Below are positions 1-13,509 of a stretch of DNA of 64,000 bases, in pieces. The notes under the pieces are model-generated. The model searched no databases. It had not been told where the DNA came from and worked only from the letters and a program-made list of their open reading frames with translations. Source of the DNA: Octopus vulgaris. Lineage: Eukaryota. The position numbers were made by a program, and so were the translations under genes. Numbering within the stretch: position 1 is the stretch's first letter; the number at the start of each line of letters is the position of its first letter. Location: the NCBI GenBank assembly GCA_951406725.2, contig OX597833.1, forward strand, positions 26,350,001 to 26,414,000, given 5' to 3'.

Positions 1-696
1 TTCCAACTACACTGTCGCTGCCGGTTATGACTGGACAAAACAAGAGAACTTCAGCTTCCTTGCTAGTCACTGGAAAAAAGACAAGGATATCTCCGCTAAC
101 AATTCTATAAGTTTGCCTGGCGCAGCTGTTGGAGTGGCACCTTCCCAACTCTACAGTTGTTTTCGGTGTAACTATTTTCTGTGCATTTCTTTTTTATAAA
201 CGTTCCTATTTAACAGAAATTACTTTTGATGCCGCATGTATGATAGCAGGGCTGTCGGCACTATCAATCTTGTCTCTACATTCATATTTGGGCATAGTTT
301 CTGGATAATCCTGTGAATTCGAGGAGACGCAAAAAGACGTAAGTCTATACTGACCTCTCCTGACAACGTATCATTGTTTGTGAGAAGCGAGCTTACCTCA
401 TTCCATATTGCTCCTCAAAGGAAACAAGAAGAGCATATATCGCTAATGATATACCTTCTTGTAAACCTTGCTTTGCACTTAACCGTTCACTGACGTTTGA
501 GAGAATAAGCGGAATCTTTGTGTATTATTTTGCTTGTGATTCAGACCAGGCTTCAGTTTTCAAGAACAGGTTGATGTTACCGTAGGATATACTTCGATCA
601 ATGGATAATACTATGCCTCACACATCATCAGAGCTTCTTTCAATTACTCTTATCCTCTTCACTTTTAGAAACCGGTAGTCACAACAGATTTCTTCC

Positions 697-1002
697 TGGT
701 GCGTGGCTTAATAGTTAGGGTATTCGGCACAAGATCGTAAGGTAGTGAGTTGGATTCCTGTCGTGCCATTGAACAAGGCACTTTATTTCACGATGCCCCC
801 TTCTACTCAAATGTTAAGAATGAGCAGTACTTGTATTTCAAAAGCCAGCCACGTTACGATCTGTACCACGCTGAACGATAACTACGTGGAGGGTACACAT
901 GTCTGTGGAGTGCTCAGCCACTTGCACATTAATTTCACGAGTAGACAGCTCCGCTAGTCGAATTAACTGGAACGCTCGTCGTAGTAACCGATGGAATGTC
1001 AG
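697..1002 (+). mobile_element. tRNA-derived SINE, family A (CORE-like central domain)
   Basis: A-box-like TGGCTTAATAG and B-box-like GTTGGATTC, then TTGAACAAGGCACTTTATTTCAC and a tail ending GTCGTAGTAACCGATGGAATG. Homologous copies lie at 33700, 43281 (-) and 57535. Confidence 0.75.
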
Positions 1003-1707
1003 TTTTTTTTTTCTTCATCTTCGTGTCCATTACCAAACAGGTAAGGAGTCAGAGTGTTTATTATAGCCATTTTGACACAGTTCCTTCTGGGCTTACACCT
1101 ATTCAAATAATGTGGATAAAACAGCATTTTTTCTTTCCAACGTTAAACAATATTAAATACGCGCGCGCATGAGTTCTGTGAGTCAGAGAGAGAAAGAAAG
1201 AGCGAGAGAGAGAGAGAGAGAGGCAGACAGACAGACAGACAGACAGAGAAACAAAGAGAATGAAAGAGAAAGGAAGAGGGAGAGAGAAAGCTACTGCAGT
1301 TCTTATTGCTGTTATCATATTTGAAGCATTTGAAAAGCACTTTCATTATCCGAAAATGCATATTTCCCCCATTCTGAAACGCCTGTATGTCAGTGCGTAA
1401 TATTTGTGTTTAATTACATTCTCTTTTGTTTAATATTTAGAGAAATATTGGAGTATATCCTTCAGTAGAGTTTATCGTTCTCGGTGTAGCTGTTTTGTCG
1501 CCATTAATATAGATATTGAAGACATCCCAAGCAAAATGCTATGATAGAGTATCTTTTGCCCCAAAGGAACAATATATACTCAAACTTAATAAATTCATTC
1601 GTTTTGTAATGGTACTTAAGTAAAAGAAGGAAGTTTTCCGCATTTAAAAGCACTTAGTATTCCAAACTTAAGGACCCAATGTAAACATATATCGACAATG
1701 CAACAAC

Positions 1708-1717
1708 AATTAATAAT

Positions 1718-1786
<69 letters not shown>

Positions 1787-1803
1787 CAACAACAACAACA
1801 ACA
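1708..1803. repeat. (AAT)n/(AAC)n microsatellite
   Basis: Direct inspection. Confidence 0.98.
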
Positions 1804-1805
1804 AG

Positions 1806-1901
1806 AAATGCCCTGATACAGTACCAAGCACCGTCTTTCATGGATTCTGATCTTAAGTGATTGGAAGTGCTATCATGCACGTTTTGTCTTGGTATAAAAC
1901 A

Positions 1902-1905
<4 letters not shown>
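1806..1905 (+). mobile_element. 5' fragment of the (AAT)n-associated non-coding element
   Basis: AAATGCCCTGATACAGTACCAAGCA...GTCTTGGTATAAAA matches the start of the copy at 2704. Confidence 0.8.
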
Positions 1906-1932
<27 letters not shown>

Positions 1933-2059
1933 GGAGGAGGAGGAGGAGGAGGAGGGGGAGAAGGAGGAGGAGGAGGGAATCATAATAACAGCAAAGTGCT
2001 ATGAACACTAGCTAGAGAGCTTGATAGAAAATAACAATTACAATGACTTTGTTTGACTT

Positions 2060-2420
2060 CTCCATAATGATTGACCATATTATAGAAGCCAGAACACTAC
2101 CAGATATGATTACAGACGACGAAAGAAACGAAACAATGTAAAATCATAGATTTTGCAATGCCAAAGGATAATGGACAGGATATCATATAAACTTTTTTAA
2201 AAATAAACGAAAAACACCACGACTTAGCCGGAGGCATAAACAGATTGCAAAAGACAAAGGTGACAGTTGTTCCTGTGGTAATTGCTACACTTGGTGCAGC
2301 ACCCAAACTGCTGCATAAGGAGTTTGGAACTGGCACTCGCATGGTCGAATTACAGCAAAGTGCAATCCTATTTTCTCAGAAAGATTCTTGAGATCTGCGG
2401 AGACTTGGTGTCACCAAACC
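2060..2420 (+). mobile_element. Degraded 3' end (RLE endonuclease region) of an R4/Dong-like non-LTR retrotransposon
   Basis: Frameshifted remnants read C-K-I-I-D-F-A-M-P, DLA, KVTVVPVVIATLGAAPK and ELQQSAIL, typical of the RLE C-terminus. An (AAT)n tract follows. Confidence 0.7.
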
Positions 2421-2451
2421 TCAAAACATGTCTGCTAAATAATATAGCATG

Positions 2452-2702
<251 letters not shown>

Positions 2703-2703
2703 T

Positions 2704-3253
2704 AAATGCCCTGATGCAGTACCAGGCAGTGGCTCTCATGTCTTCTGATCTTAACTGATGGGAAGTGTTATCATGTACATTGTTTTGTCTTGGTATAAAA
2801 GATGGGCTACAGCAAATATTCTGCTCAATACCACAGATTTGCTTGTCAGTTGTTTGACCTTAACCAGTTGACCATGTCCCTTAGTGGCTGACAATATGTG
2901 CATCTCTGATCATGAGCAGAAGTAGTGTGGGAGTACCATAGCCATGTGTTGAGAGGGATTCTTTGGGGTTTGAATAATTCACCTCTGAAAACATGGGTGT
3001 TTCGTTCAACATCCTTAAACAACATTTATTCAGGGACCTTTTGAGCGGGATGGGTTACTCGACCAGAAGAAAATTCTAACTGGGCCCCACCTGCAAGGTC
3101 ATGTGCTGATTATCTTGACATTAGATCACCATGTCGCACACAGATGGTTGTGGTGCATGTCCCTGGTATACCCTTATCAGACAGGTAGTCATGATGGGTA
3201 TACTGGGCTTCGTAAATTTTACCCTAGTGTCACTTTGATGGCATGCACTGCTC

Positions 3254-3254
<1 letters not shown>
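2704..3254 (+). mobile_element. Non-coding (AAT)n-tailed retroelement, copy 1 (longest, about 550 bp)
   Basis: Near-identical to 3335-3770 and 3787-4123. Begins after (AAT)n and ends ...CACTGCTC-(AAT)n. No ORF. Confidence 0.85.
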
Positions 3255-3333
<79 letters not shown>

Positions 3334-3334
3334 C

Positions 3335-3770
3335 AATACCAGAGATTTGCTTGTCAGTTGTTTGACCTTAACCAGTTGAGCATGTCCCTTAGTGGCTGAC
3401 GATATGTGCATCTCTGATCACGAGCAGAAGTAGTGGAGGAGCATCATAGCCATGTGTTGAGAGGGATTCTTTGGGGTTTTAATGATTCACCTCTGGATGC
3501 ATAGGTGGTTCTTTCAACATCCTTAAACAACCCTTGTTCAGGGACCTTTTGAGCAGGATGGGCTACTCAACCTGAAGAAAATTCTAACTGGGCCCCACCT
3601 GCAAGGTCATGTGCAGTTTATCTTGATATGATATCACCATGTCGCGCACATATGGTTGTGATGCATGTGCCTGGTGTGCCCTTATCAGACGGGTAGTCAT
3701 GATGGGTATATTGGGCTTCGTATATTTTACCCCAGTGTCACTTTGATGGCATGAACTGCTATCTCACTCA
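3335..3770 (+). mobile_element. Non-coding (AAT)n-tailed retroelement, copy 2 (5'-truncated)
   Basis: Aligns to copy 1 from about 2828 onward, shares the 3' end and is followed by AAT repeats. Confidence 0.85.
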
Positions 3771-3786
3771 ATAATAATAATGACAA

Positions 3787-4122
3787 TGGGGGAGCATCAT
3801 AGCCGTGTGTTGAAAGGAATTCTTAGAGGTTTGGATAATTCACCTTTGGAAACATGGGTGGTTCGTTCAACATCCATAAACCACCCTTATTCGGGGATCT
3901 TTTGAGCTGGATGAGCTACTCGACCAGAAGAAAATTCTAACTGGGTCCCACCTGCAAGGTCATGCGCTGTTTATCTTGATATGAGATCACCATGTCGCGC
4001 ATTTATGGTTGTGATGCATGTGCCTAGTGTACCTTTATCAGAGGGGTAGTCATGATGGGTATACTGGGCTTCGTATATTTTACCCCAGTGTCACTTTGAT
4101 GGCATGAACTGCTCTCTCACTC

Positions 4123-4123
<1 letters not shown>
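3787..4123 (+). mobile_element. Non-coding (AAT)n-tailed retroelement, copy 3 (further 5'-truncated)
   Basis: Aligns to copy 1 from about 2928 onward, shares the 3' end and is followed by (AAT)n at 4123-4190. Confidence 0.85.
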
Positions 4124-4191
<68 letters not shown>

Positions 4192-4194
4192 TAC

Positions 4195-5690
4195 CAGTAC
4201 TGTTTGTTAAAGATAGCCTATCACCATTACTGTTTTTGAGAGTTAGCCTATCACTATTGCTGTTCGTGATTTGTATGATATGCCTCGTATAGATACTATG
4301 GAAAGTGACACCGGGGAGGTAAATGAAATCATCTGTTATATATGAATGAATTAAAGATCATTGGAAAGACCGAACATAAAAGAAATGGCCTAGTTTCAAC
4401 AGTACAGATATTCAGTAAAGATACAGGAATCGAATTTGGAGCTTAAAAGTGTAGTATGCTTATAATACAAACAGACAAAGTAGTGTCGTCTGCTGGTGTA
4501 GAGCTACCCAACGGCGAGAAAATCAAGGATATTGAAATTAATGGATATAAATATCTGGAGATTTTAGAATACGACAAAAGCAAAGAAATTAAGATGAAGG
4601 AAAGCTTTAGGCGAGAATATATCAGAAGAACCAGTTAATTATAGGAAGTAGACTCAATGGAAAAAAACAAAATCAGGACATTTAATGCAATATGGTAAAG
4701 GTGTTATTAGGTGGACAAAGAACGAGCTTGAGGAAATGGACAGGAAAAGTAGAAAAGTGATGACAATTACCAAGGAACTACACCACAAAAGTATGTGCCT
4801 AAAAGCAGGGGTATGCGTATAATACAAAGAGAACAATCTGAACAAACGTCAGAGTGAATCCTTGCTTTCCGCTGTTGGAATCAACAATACAATGCCTACC
4901 GAAAATGTGATGCATCCACAAACATTTAAGAAACAAGATGGAGAAAGAGTAAACAACTGGAAAATGAAACCCCTGTATGGGCCATCGAAAGAAAAGATCA
5001 ACACTTGGAGATGACTAAGAAAATATGATCTGGAAGGACGTACTGAGGCATTGATATGCAGCGCCCAGGTACAAGCATTGAAACTAATTACACCAAGTTC
5101 GAAAAGATAAGAGTAGCGAATCCCGCGTTTGTTGGATGTTTGGCAGCAGAAATGAAACAATCTCACATATTGTAATTGAGTGTAGCAAGTATTACAAATG
5201 GAGGCACGATAACGTGGCTAAGTTCGTCCACTGGAGGCTATGTGAAAAGTACGGCCTGAACAGAGTACGAAAATGGTACGAAGATGAACCACAAGCAGTC
5301 ACCGAGAACAAGGAACATAAGATACTGTGAGATTTTACAACCCAATGTGACTCCCTAATTGAGGCTCGGAGACCAGACATTGTTGTTGTAGATAAAGAAA
5401 TAAAGGAAACCAAGATCATAAATATTGCATTACCTGGAGATGCACACATAAGTGACTAAGAACTAGAAAAGATTGAAAAGTACAGACTACTAAAATACGA
5501 AATTTCAAGAATGTGGACTATGAGGAGAGTATCTGTCATTCCAGTAGTTGTAGAGGCGTTTGGATCACTAACAACCACGTTTGAGAAATATGTCAAAGAA
5601 ATCGGAACTGACATGAGAGCAGAGTAAGCCCCAAACACTGCTCTGCTGGGGACAGCAAGGATTTTGCGATTGGTACTTGGATGTTGAACA
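4195..5690 (+). mobile_element. 5'-truncated, pseudogenised R4/Dong-clade LINE (RT C-terminal half, CCHC knuckle, RLE endonuclease)
   Basis: Across frames: DSLSPLLF, HLLYMNELK (YMDD-like), EFG-x-KC, YKYLEILE, ETISHIVIEC, RHDNVAKFVHWRLC, RRPDIVVVDK, IA-x-PGD, EKIEKY and VIPVVV. Many stops and frameshifts. Confidence 0.9.
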
Positions 5691-7372
5691 TCTCCCACGA
5701 TAATTAAGGAGGGGGGAGGAGGCGGAGGATGAGGAGGAAGATTGTTTTTGTTTTAAACACTGCGCCAGCAATTTTAAGGAAAGGAATTTGTCAATACCAT
5801 TGATCCCAATACTAAGATCGGTACTTTATTCTAGATGGAGGAAAATTTAGGTTGACTTCGGTGGGACTTGAACTTCAAATGGGAAGAACGGACAATAATG
5901 ATAATGATGATGATAACAACAACAACAACAATAATAATAATAATCGTAATTGAACCATAATAGTTATCATAAATGCGTCCGTTTAGAAAACAACCACATA
6001 CAACAATGGATTATATAAAACTGGGTGTAGTAAGGAAAACACATGCAAAACAAATAAAGAAAAAAGTAGATTTTTCGTTTTATTGTTTCGAAAGAGAAGC
6101 ATCCATACAAAATATGGTCTAGCTCGTCTACCAAATGCATGTGTCCGCCAGTCTATAGCCTCATACAGATAGGCGTTACTTAACAAGTTTAGGTAATCAT
6201 TTAGGATCACATGTACTCCAAAACAGCGTTAATCAATTATAATACACAACGGGAGTAATTATTATTAATAGCAGAAAATATTTGGAGTTATGGCAAACCT
6301 ATTTTTTCTTGTAAGAGAGAATACAGATCAAAAGGCTACTGATTAAGTGTGTTTTTCCCTTTCTATTCTTTGCACACATTTTGCAATAACAATTATTTAA
6401 GTATGTAGGCATCAGCAAACAGCTATAGTTTTATTCACATTCGGATTAATATCCATTCGTTATTTCGAACATATATTATGAATTTCCTCATCAAGTTCAT
6501 TCTATCTTTTCTCTTTGATTATTTTCTTTATTTTAGCAGGATATTTATGTACAGCTTCTGTATCTCAACTCGCAACTTCTGTGCCTTTCACACCTTTTAT
6601 ATTATTTAGAAGTTATACAATTTTGTAGCCAAATATTGCTAGTAAAACATATTTGCTTGCGTTTTTATTTATTTATTTAGTTAGTCATTTACACGTGAAT
6701 TGTACCTGGCAGATTGTTCATTATATTATTGGAGTCATTGGAAATTCGTTTCTGATCACAATTTTCCAATCAAAGTGAATGTTGAGAAATGCTCTATTTC
6801 AGCTACTGTAGAACTTCGATTCGTAATACATAATATATTTCATGATGTAAACGCCATTTTCGTTTGATCAAATAGTTGCGCTAAATAGTTCAGCCTCACA
6901 TCTTTATGACTTTTCTGTGTTTTAACAGTGGTGATCATTTTAATTATTTCAAGATGACTAATATGATTAATGCATCGAGTAATAACATTTTGTATATTTT
7001 TTATTACTTCTATAATTTTTCTTATAGATTTTGTGGCATAGGAAGTGAGATAATATGTATAATTTCAAAAAGCATGTGTTAACTTTTTTTAATAGCAGTG
7101 TAACACGCTCGTCAATGTAACAGGCGCGTAATTGGGATGTAAGAGCAAAGGCGGGAGGATGACTTTGGCTCAGATTGTCAATTGCACCTAATTAGACCAC
7201 CACGTTCAAAGCACAGTAACCAAATTTAATACGCTATAAATTAAAGGATGGTTACCATATATTCAATTGTGGTATTTAAAACTGTCCCAGACTGTGAACG
7301 TTTAACACATATAATTAAAGTAAAATAACATGCCCTATATATACATATATATATATATATAAATAAATATAT

Positions 7373-7456
<84 letters not shown>

Positions 7457-8989
7457 GCTCTTGCATGCACACGGAAAAAATTCTTCTACTCACTCTCTCT
7501 CTTTTTATCACTTCATCTTTCTCTACCTCTCTCTCTCTCTCTCTCTCTGTTGAGAGTCGGCTATAGAAAACAAAAGTGAGTCCTGTAGACAGTAAATAAT
7601 TATTAGAAAATGCAAAGGAAAAATGCGATGAAAACCCTTTGTGTTATGTGCTTGTCATGGAAGAGAAAGAGTTTGGTCGTCGACCTGATGGTATAGGGAC
7701 AGAGGAAGGTACCATATGCAGAAAATGCGAGAGCGTCTATATGCTTGCTTGAATAGCTAAAACTATGAACATAAAAATATTTACAATATATAATGCAGTT
7801 TGGTTAGTGTGTCTGAGTATGGGCGTGCATGATCAAATCTGACTTGTGCTTCAATATAACAACTTCCCTCTTTGACCTCACAGGGGACTTGCAGTTTTAA
7901 ATATAGCAATGAAACATCCCACAAATCCTGAGATCACATTCTATTGTCTCCCTGAGCTTCTAAGGTATAGCCACAAAAAATTCTTTAATTTGAGGAAAGT
8001 ATAGGATAAAATAACTAAATACAAATGTGTTTACTTCATAATATGTATATTAACACTAACAAGATTCGACAATGTTTCTGTGCTACAAAACTTACACACT
8101 GAGCAGCTGCTTGACCTGTAACCAAGATCCTTCAAATTACACGCTACCGTATTAAAATAAGTAGGGACACGCGAGATAGTGCAATGCAAATCAAATTATA
8201 GGAGTTTAAAAAATAAAACGCGATGCTCTATGATGTTATAAAAACGGAAACGGATGTCTCCGTTAGAACAACTTCAAACACTGGTCCTGTAGATCAGAGC
8301 AAAGTTGAGGTTAAAGAGCAATAAACAACTTGCACAAATCTTTGAATGTAAATAAGTTTTTTTAAAAAACAGAAAAAAAAATTAGAATCACAAACTAATT
8401 TCCATATTAAGCATAATAGCAGCGAAATTTTATTGTAAACAATAGAGAATACATCATTAAATAAGCATCAACATAATGCTCAACGATAAGATCAACGACG
8501 AAGGAATTTACATATAAATGCATATTAAATTAGAACTCCTACGACATTGCATTTTGATAATGAAATAAAAAGATTTGACAAGAGAAAGAAAAAGAACGAA
8601 GATATCAAAATATAAGAGAAAGGGTGAATACGTGACAAGACACATATATTATGAATTGACTGTGTTTGTTTATGTCGGATGAGATTCAAAATAAAAAAAA
8701 TATGTGGCTCAAACGGCGAAAAAGAGAAATATGTTGATATATAAATAGAGAAATACTTAAATATATGTATATGTAAATATGAGGATGTGTATATAGATTC
8801 GGTAGTTAGATAAATTGGTGCGTTTGCATAAATTAACACGGAAAATATTTTTATCGTAGAAAGTTATTTTATTTATTTGTTTATTTATTTCTATAGTAGC
8901 TATTTTCTTCCTCTACAACTTTCGTTATTCATTTCTGAAATTTTAATACATTTTACCTCTTTTCAAGCATGGTGTGCATAGTAAGAGAA

Positions 8990-9390
8990 AAAGTAAACTA
9001 ACATGTTTTCGACATCTTCTCTTCTCTTTCATATAGGTTCCAAAGATACCAAAGTTGCTTCACACAATTGCGCTCTGTACAGAGAAGGTGCTATTACTGA
9101 AAGAACTGCACGGAAATGGTTTTAACGCTTCATGGAGGGCGAAATTCCACTTCGCAGATTCTCCGTGTCCCGGCCGATCTGCAAACTACTCAACCGGCGA
9201 CACAACCTACTTATTCAACATGATCTGTTCGGGTAAACGAGCTTACTTAGGAGGATCAGGAGGATATCCTCGCCAATCCAAAAGGGAATTGAACCAGCAG
9301 ACAATATGCTCTCATGATACCATCCGTCAACAATTTTGCTTGTTGGGTAAGGTTTCAATACTCGCTGAATGGACATTACATGCAATATAT
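8990..9390 (+). mobile_element. mariner transposase N-terminal fossil
   Basis: LYREGAITERTARKWF resembles the mariner HTH. SHDTIRQQFCLLGKVSILAEWTLH is a WVPHEL-like motif. Frameshifted. Confidence 0.7.
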
Positions 9391-9631
9391 ATTACTAGAA
9401 GTGTCTATTAATAGATATTGAAGAATTATCAGCTACCAAATGGCTTGTAAATTTTAAACACAGTTCAGCTCTGCTCTATTTCCACCAGGTTGCTTGCTCG
9501 ACATCGTACCGTTCATGTTAACATTTTTGCAGTATTTCTGCCCTTCTCTTATATATATATATATATATAATACAGAGAGAGGGAGAGAGAGAAATTGAAA
9601 GATATAGGTATATATATATATATATACAAAC

Positions 9632-9664
<33 letters not shown>

Positions 9665-9719
9665 TGCATGCGTGTATATACATATATATATATATATATG
9701 TGTGTGTGTATGTGTATAC

Positions 9720-9754
<35 letters not shown>

Positions 9755-9799
9755 TCTATGCATGTATGCATGTATGCATGTATGCATGTATGAATGTAT

Positions 9800-10200
9800 A
9801 TATCATCATCATCCTTCGACCAACCTATGGTTGGACGGAACTCCATTGTCAATCCCTTTCCACACTAAATGGTCCTGTATGGCTGTATTCAGATCTCTAA
9901 TATCCTACCTTGAGACCCGAGATATGATACCGGGAAATATCATTTTCCTGGAGAAAACACTTCCAGAAGGATGCTATAGGAACAGGGATGAGATAACCTC
10001 TTTCTCTGCTCCATGACAGTGGCCAGCACATTGTAACCATTTCTACTTTAGCTTCAGGGATATTGCTATCAGATTTCCATAGATGTTGCTAAGTGTTGTG
10101 TGTAATATCCAACTAACGTTTTCTATTTTTCTGATCAGGTTGGTATATGTTCCATATCGTCGTTTTTCTAAGAGAGCCGATAAGATACATAGAGAGAGGT
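9800..10200 (-). mobile_element. Probable degraded LINE 3' fragment
   Basis: Higher-complexity, coding-like stretch ending on the minus strand in a (GAT)n tail at about 9803-9813. Motifs only weakly recognisable. Confidence 0.4.
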
Positions 10201-10321
10201 CGGCTCAATCAGTGGTCTAAATATTTAAACTTTTAACGTAGGTGGAAGGTTTGAGTGCCAGATCTTATCAAGTTTGTTACATCCATTAAGAGCGTGTAGA
10301 AATACATAGGTGTATACATGC

Positions 10322-10377
<56 letters not shown>

Positions 10378-10487
10378 TATTATATATATAATATATATAT
10401 ATATATAATATATATATATAATATATATATGTATATATATGATATATGATATATATATATATTATATCTATAATATAATATACATAC

Positions 10488-10519
<32 letters not shown>

Positions 10520-12084
10520 ATATATTTATATGCACATGTGTGTGTGTATGCGCGCGCGCGTGCGTGTGTGTGTGTGTATATGCATGTATATATATTCAAA
10601 TATTCTGCTTTGTGTTTCCATGTGGGTCATTATCCTGCCCTGCAGCATACAAAACTAATTTATATACTGCCTTCTTTGTCAGCCTCATATATCATTGATA
10701 TTTGCCAGAATGCCTTTCTCAACAAGACAATTAATATAATATTCCCGTACAAAAATGGAAGTGGTATTATGTATATTGTACATATTGCATCCTGTTGTAT
10801 AGTGATACCAAATTATCTATTTGTAAAGTTGACAGTAGAGTTATAAAATAAATTGCTTCTGTATCACAGAAGACATACCTAGAAGAAGACATATCTGCTT
10901 GTATCATTGCACAACGAGAGATAAGTTCGGGACAAAAGATGTCTAACCCCTCCTCGGTTCTCGACTGTGCTATTACTCCCTGTTTTTACTTTTTTTTTGG
11001 CTTTTAACGACAAGACAGGAAAACTTCCTAAGACAGCAGTATCCAGAAACTTTTAAAACATAAAATTTGTAGGGGTTAGGGTTTCCAACGAACAAACGAC
11101 ACTAGAGTGGACGTACGGAAGTAAACAATCGACAAATACAGAAATTTAGGGCTGTTAGGCCAAGATATATTGTAATGAGTAACGTCTGGGATAAAATTTT
11201 AAAGGATATAGAGTAAATAGTAGAAGAGCAAAAAATATCGAGAGGCGAGAGAAATGATGTCCGGCTGTGTGGCAGTCCGATCCAGAAAAGACAGAGCAAC
11301 GTGTGAGCAACAGGCAGAGTGGAAGAGGGACAAGAGAGAGGATGAGAGAAAGAAATAAAGGGTGTGAGGCGAAGGGAGAAGGAAAGAAAGATAGTAGAAA
11401 GTGAAATAAAGACAGGCGACAGTAAAGAATGAAGGGGAGAAAAGGAATATAGAAGATGAAACGGATACAGGGAAAAAAGAAGAGGAAATAGGCAGGGAAC
11501 AGAGTGTAGAGTCACAGAAATTATATATAGATGTAAAATCTTATTGTTGACAAAGGCTGCGCGGCGTTCAATTATTAAACAAATGAAAAAATATATATTA
11601 TTTATTTGATATTTGAACGTCAGTAGTGTCAACTTTTGTGTAGATTAAGTGAATTAAAACACACACATGTGCGCGTGCATATATGCGTGTGCTTGACCGA
11701 ACGAGCGCCCGTTTATGTGTACGTAGCTTGGAATTGGGAGATTTATTTTAAGATGTATGTTTGGAGTTGTCTATAATTCCTTTTACTGCATAATTTCCCA
11801 ACAATTTACATATTATACTAGGCTATAATCCTATAGAATTCTCAAGTCGATACTGCTTTTATAATACATACATATTCGAATGAAATTATTAATATATATA
11901 TAGTTCCATCTAAGATTTAATCTAAATACGTTGATGTACTTTACCGTAGCACATCTACACCAACATGGAATAAATTCGAACTTTATAGAAAATTAGAACT
12001 AAATTACACCTATTCTCCGTATTTCATTACTGGATTGCGTATATATTTAGTTCAATTCGAATTTGCTTACAAGGTATACTGGGG

Positions 12085-12293
12085 TTTCAAATTCACAAGG
12101 CCATCAATTTCTTAGGAGGGGTATGTCAATTAAATTGACCCCAGTGCTCAGCTGGTACGTATTTCACCGACCCCGAAATGAGGAATGGCAATGAAGACCC
12201 GCTCGGAATTTGAAATCAGAAGTTAGCGACGGACAAAATATGCTGCTAAGCATTTTGCCCGGCGTGCTAACGGTTCTGCCAGCTCGCCACCTT
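12085..12293 (-). mobile_element. tRNA-derived SINE, family B (Nin/Deu-like domain)
   Basis: Minus strand reads AAGGTGGCGAGCTGGCAGAACCGTTAGCACGCCGGGC...TTCGGGGTCGGTGAAATACGTACCAG. More than 12 copies in the window. Confidence 0.85.
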
Positions 12294-12841
12294 ACTTATC
12301 AGATGTAGTAATGAGTCGATGACTTGAAGGTTCGCATAAACTAGTAACGGTATAAGTACCTTAACACAAAACACTAGTCCTTCGAATCACTAATTAAGCG
12401 TCATGTGTTTCTCTCGCACTCACTCATTCTGTGTGTATGTGTGAGTGTGTGTGCTTACACGCACATGCGTGTATGTATACCTACCAGTAACATACCAGCC
12501 ATCAGCTAATATTCGAGCAATCTGAGATTGTGAAACGCACATACGCAGAAATGCACTCAATTTGCTACGAGTATAGAAGTTCCTTTTTCCTGCCCTACGG
12601 ATTCTTAGACGATTCTGTGTATGTAAGTGTGAATGTGAGTACTTACGCGTATTTCGTCGAAGCCCAGCACATGGAAACTTCGAGGTCACGGTCATGCATA
12701 TTCGTGTATATATTTGTACACGTGAGAAAAAAATTACTCAAATTCCATAGAAGTGTCTACATGTTTCTTTCCAACCAGATATACCTCATCGTCACTAATA
12801 ACAGTCTCATGCTACAGTCCTTGCAGCATTACGATATATGT

Positions 12842-13010
12842 GAGGCGGCAAGCTGGTAGAATTGTTAACACGCCGGAGTAAATGCTTAGCGGCATTTCAT
12901 CCGTCTTTACGTTTTGCGTTCAAATCCTGCGGAGATCGACTTTGCCTCTCATCTATTCGGGATGACTTAACACCTCACCCGAAGTTGTTAGCTTTTTGCC
13001 AAAATTTTAA
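12842..13010 (+). mobile_element. SINE family B, internally deleted
   Basis: GAGGCGGCAAGCTGGTAGAATTGTTAAC...GTTCAAATCC...GACTTTGCC, followed by trinucleotide repeats. Confidence 0.75.
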
Positions 13011-13029
13011 ATCATCATCATCATCATCA

Positions 13030-13106
<77 letters not shown>

Positions 13107-13163
13107 GTTGTTGTTGTTGTTGTTATTGTTATTATTATTATTGTTAATAATAATAATGATGAT

Positions 13164-13197
<34 letters not shown>

Positions 13198-13409
13198 TCA
13201 TTATTATCATTATTATTGTTATTGTTATTTTTTTTTCCAGTAATTTTAATGGTTATAATTAGATTTACATGATGAACGGTATATTGGAGCTAGAAACTCC
13301 AAATGTCAACTGCCGAGGAACTTAATTAGCCAACTTCCGAACTTTTGGTTAGAAGAATAGCTTGTTATGTAATCCAAAATAAATTGAAATAATAATAATA
13401 ATAATGATG

Positions 13410-13509
<100 letters not shown>

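Noticed and set aside
1-690. Higher-complexity sequence with an open frame at 2-196 and a GTAAGT donor-like site near 339
   Set aside because: No recognisable protein motif in any frame and no convincing exon pair. It cannot be supported without transcript data.
697-770. tRNA genes at SINE heads (also 33700, 40727, 43500, 48129)
   Set aside because: A/B boxes are present but there is no complete cloverleaf, and each continues into a repeated SINE body.
2704-4123. CRISPR-like or satellite interpretation of the repeated units
   Set aside because: Units are hundreds of bp, 5'-truncated and separated by AAT tracts. The context is eukaryotic with no cas genes.
11069-11085. Telomere-like TAGGGGTTAGGG (also about 13914-13925)
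   Set aside because: Only one or two units, as expected by chance.
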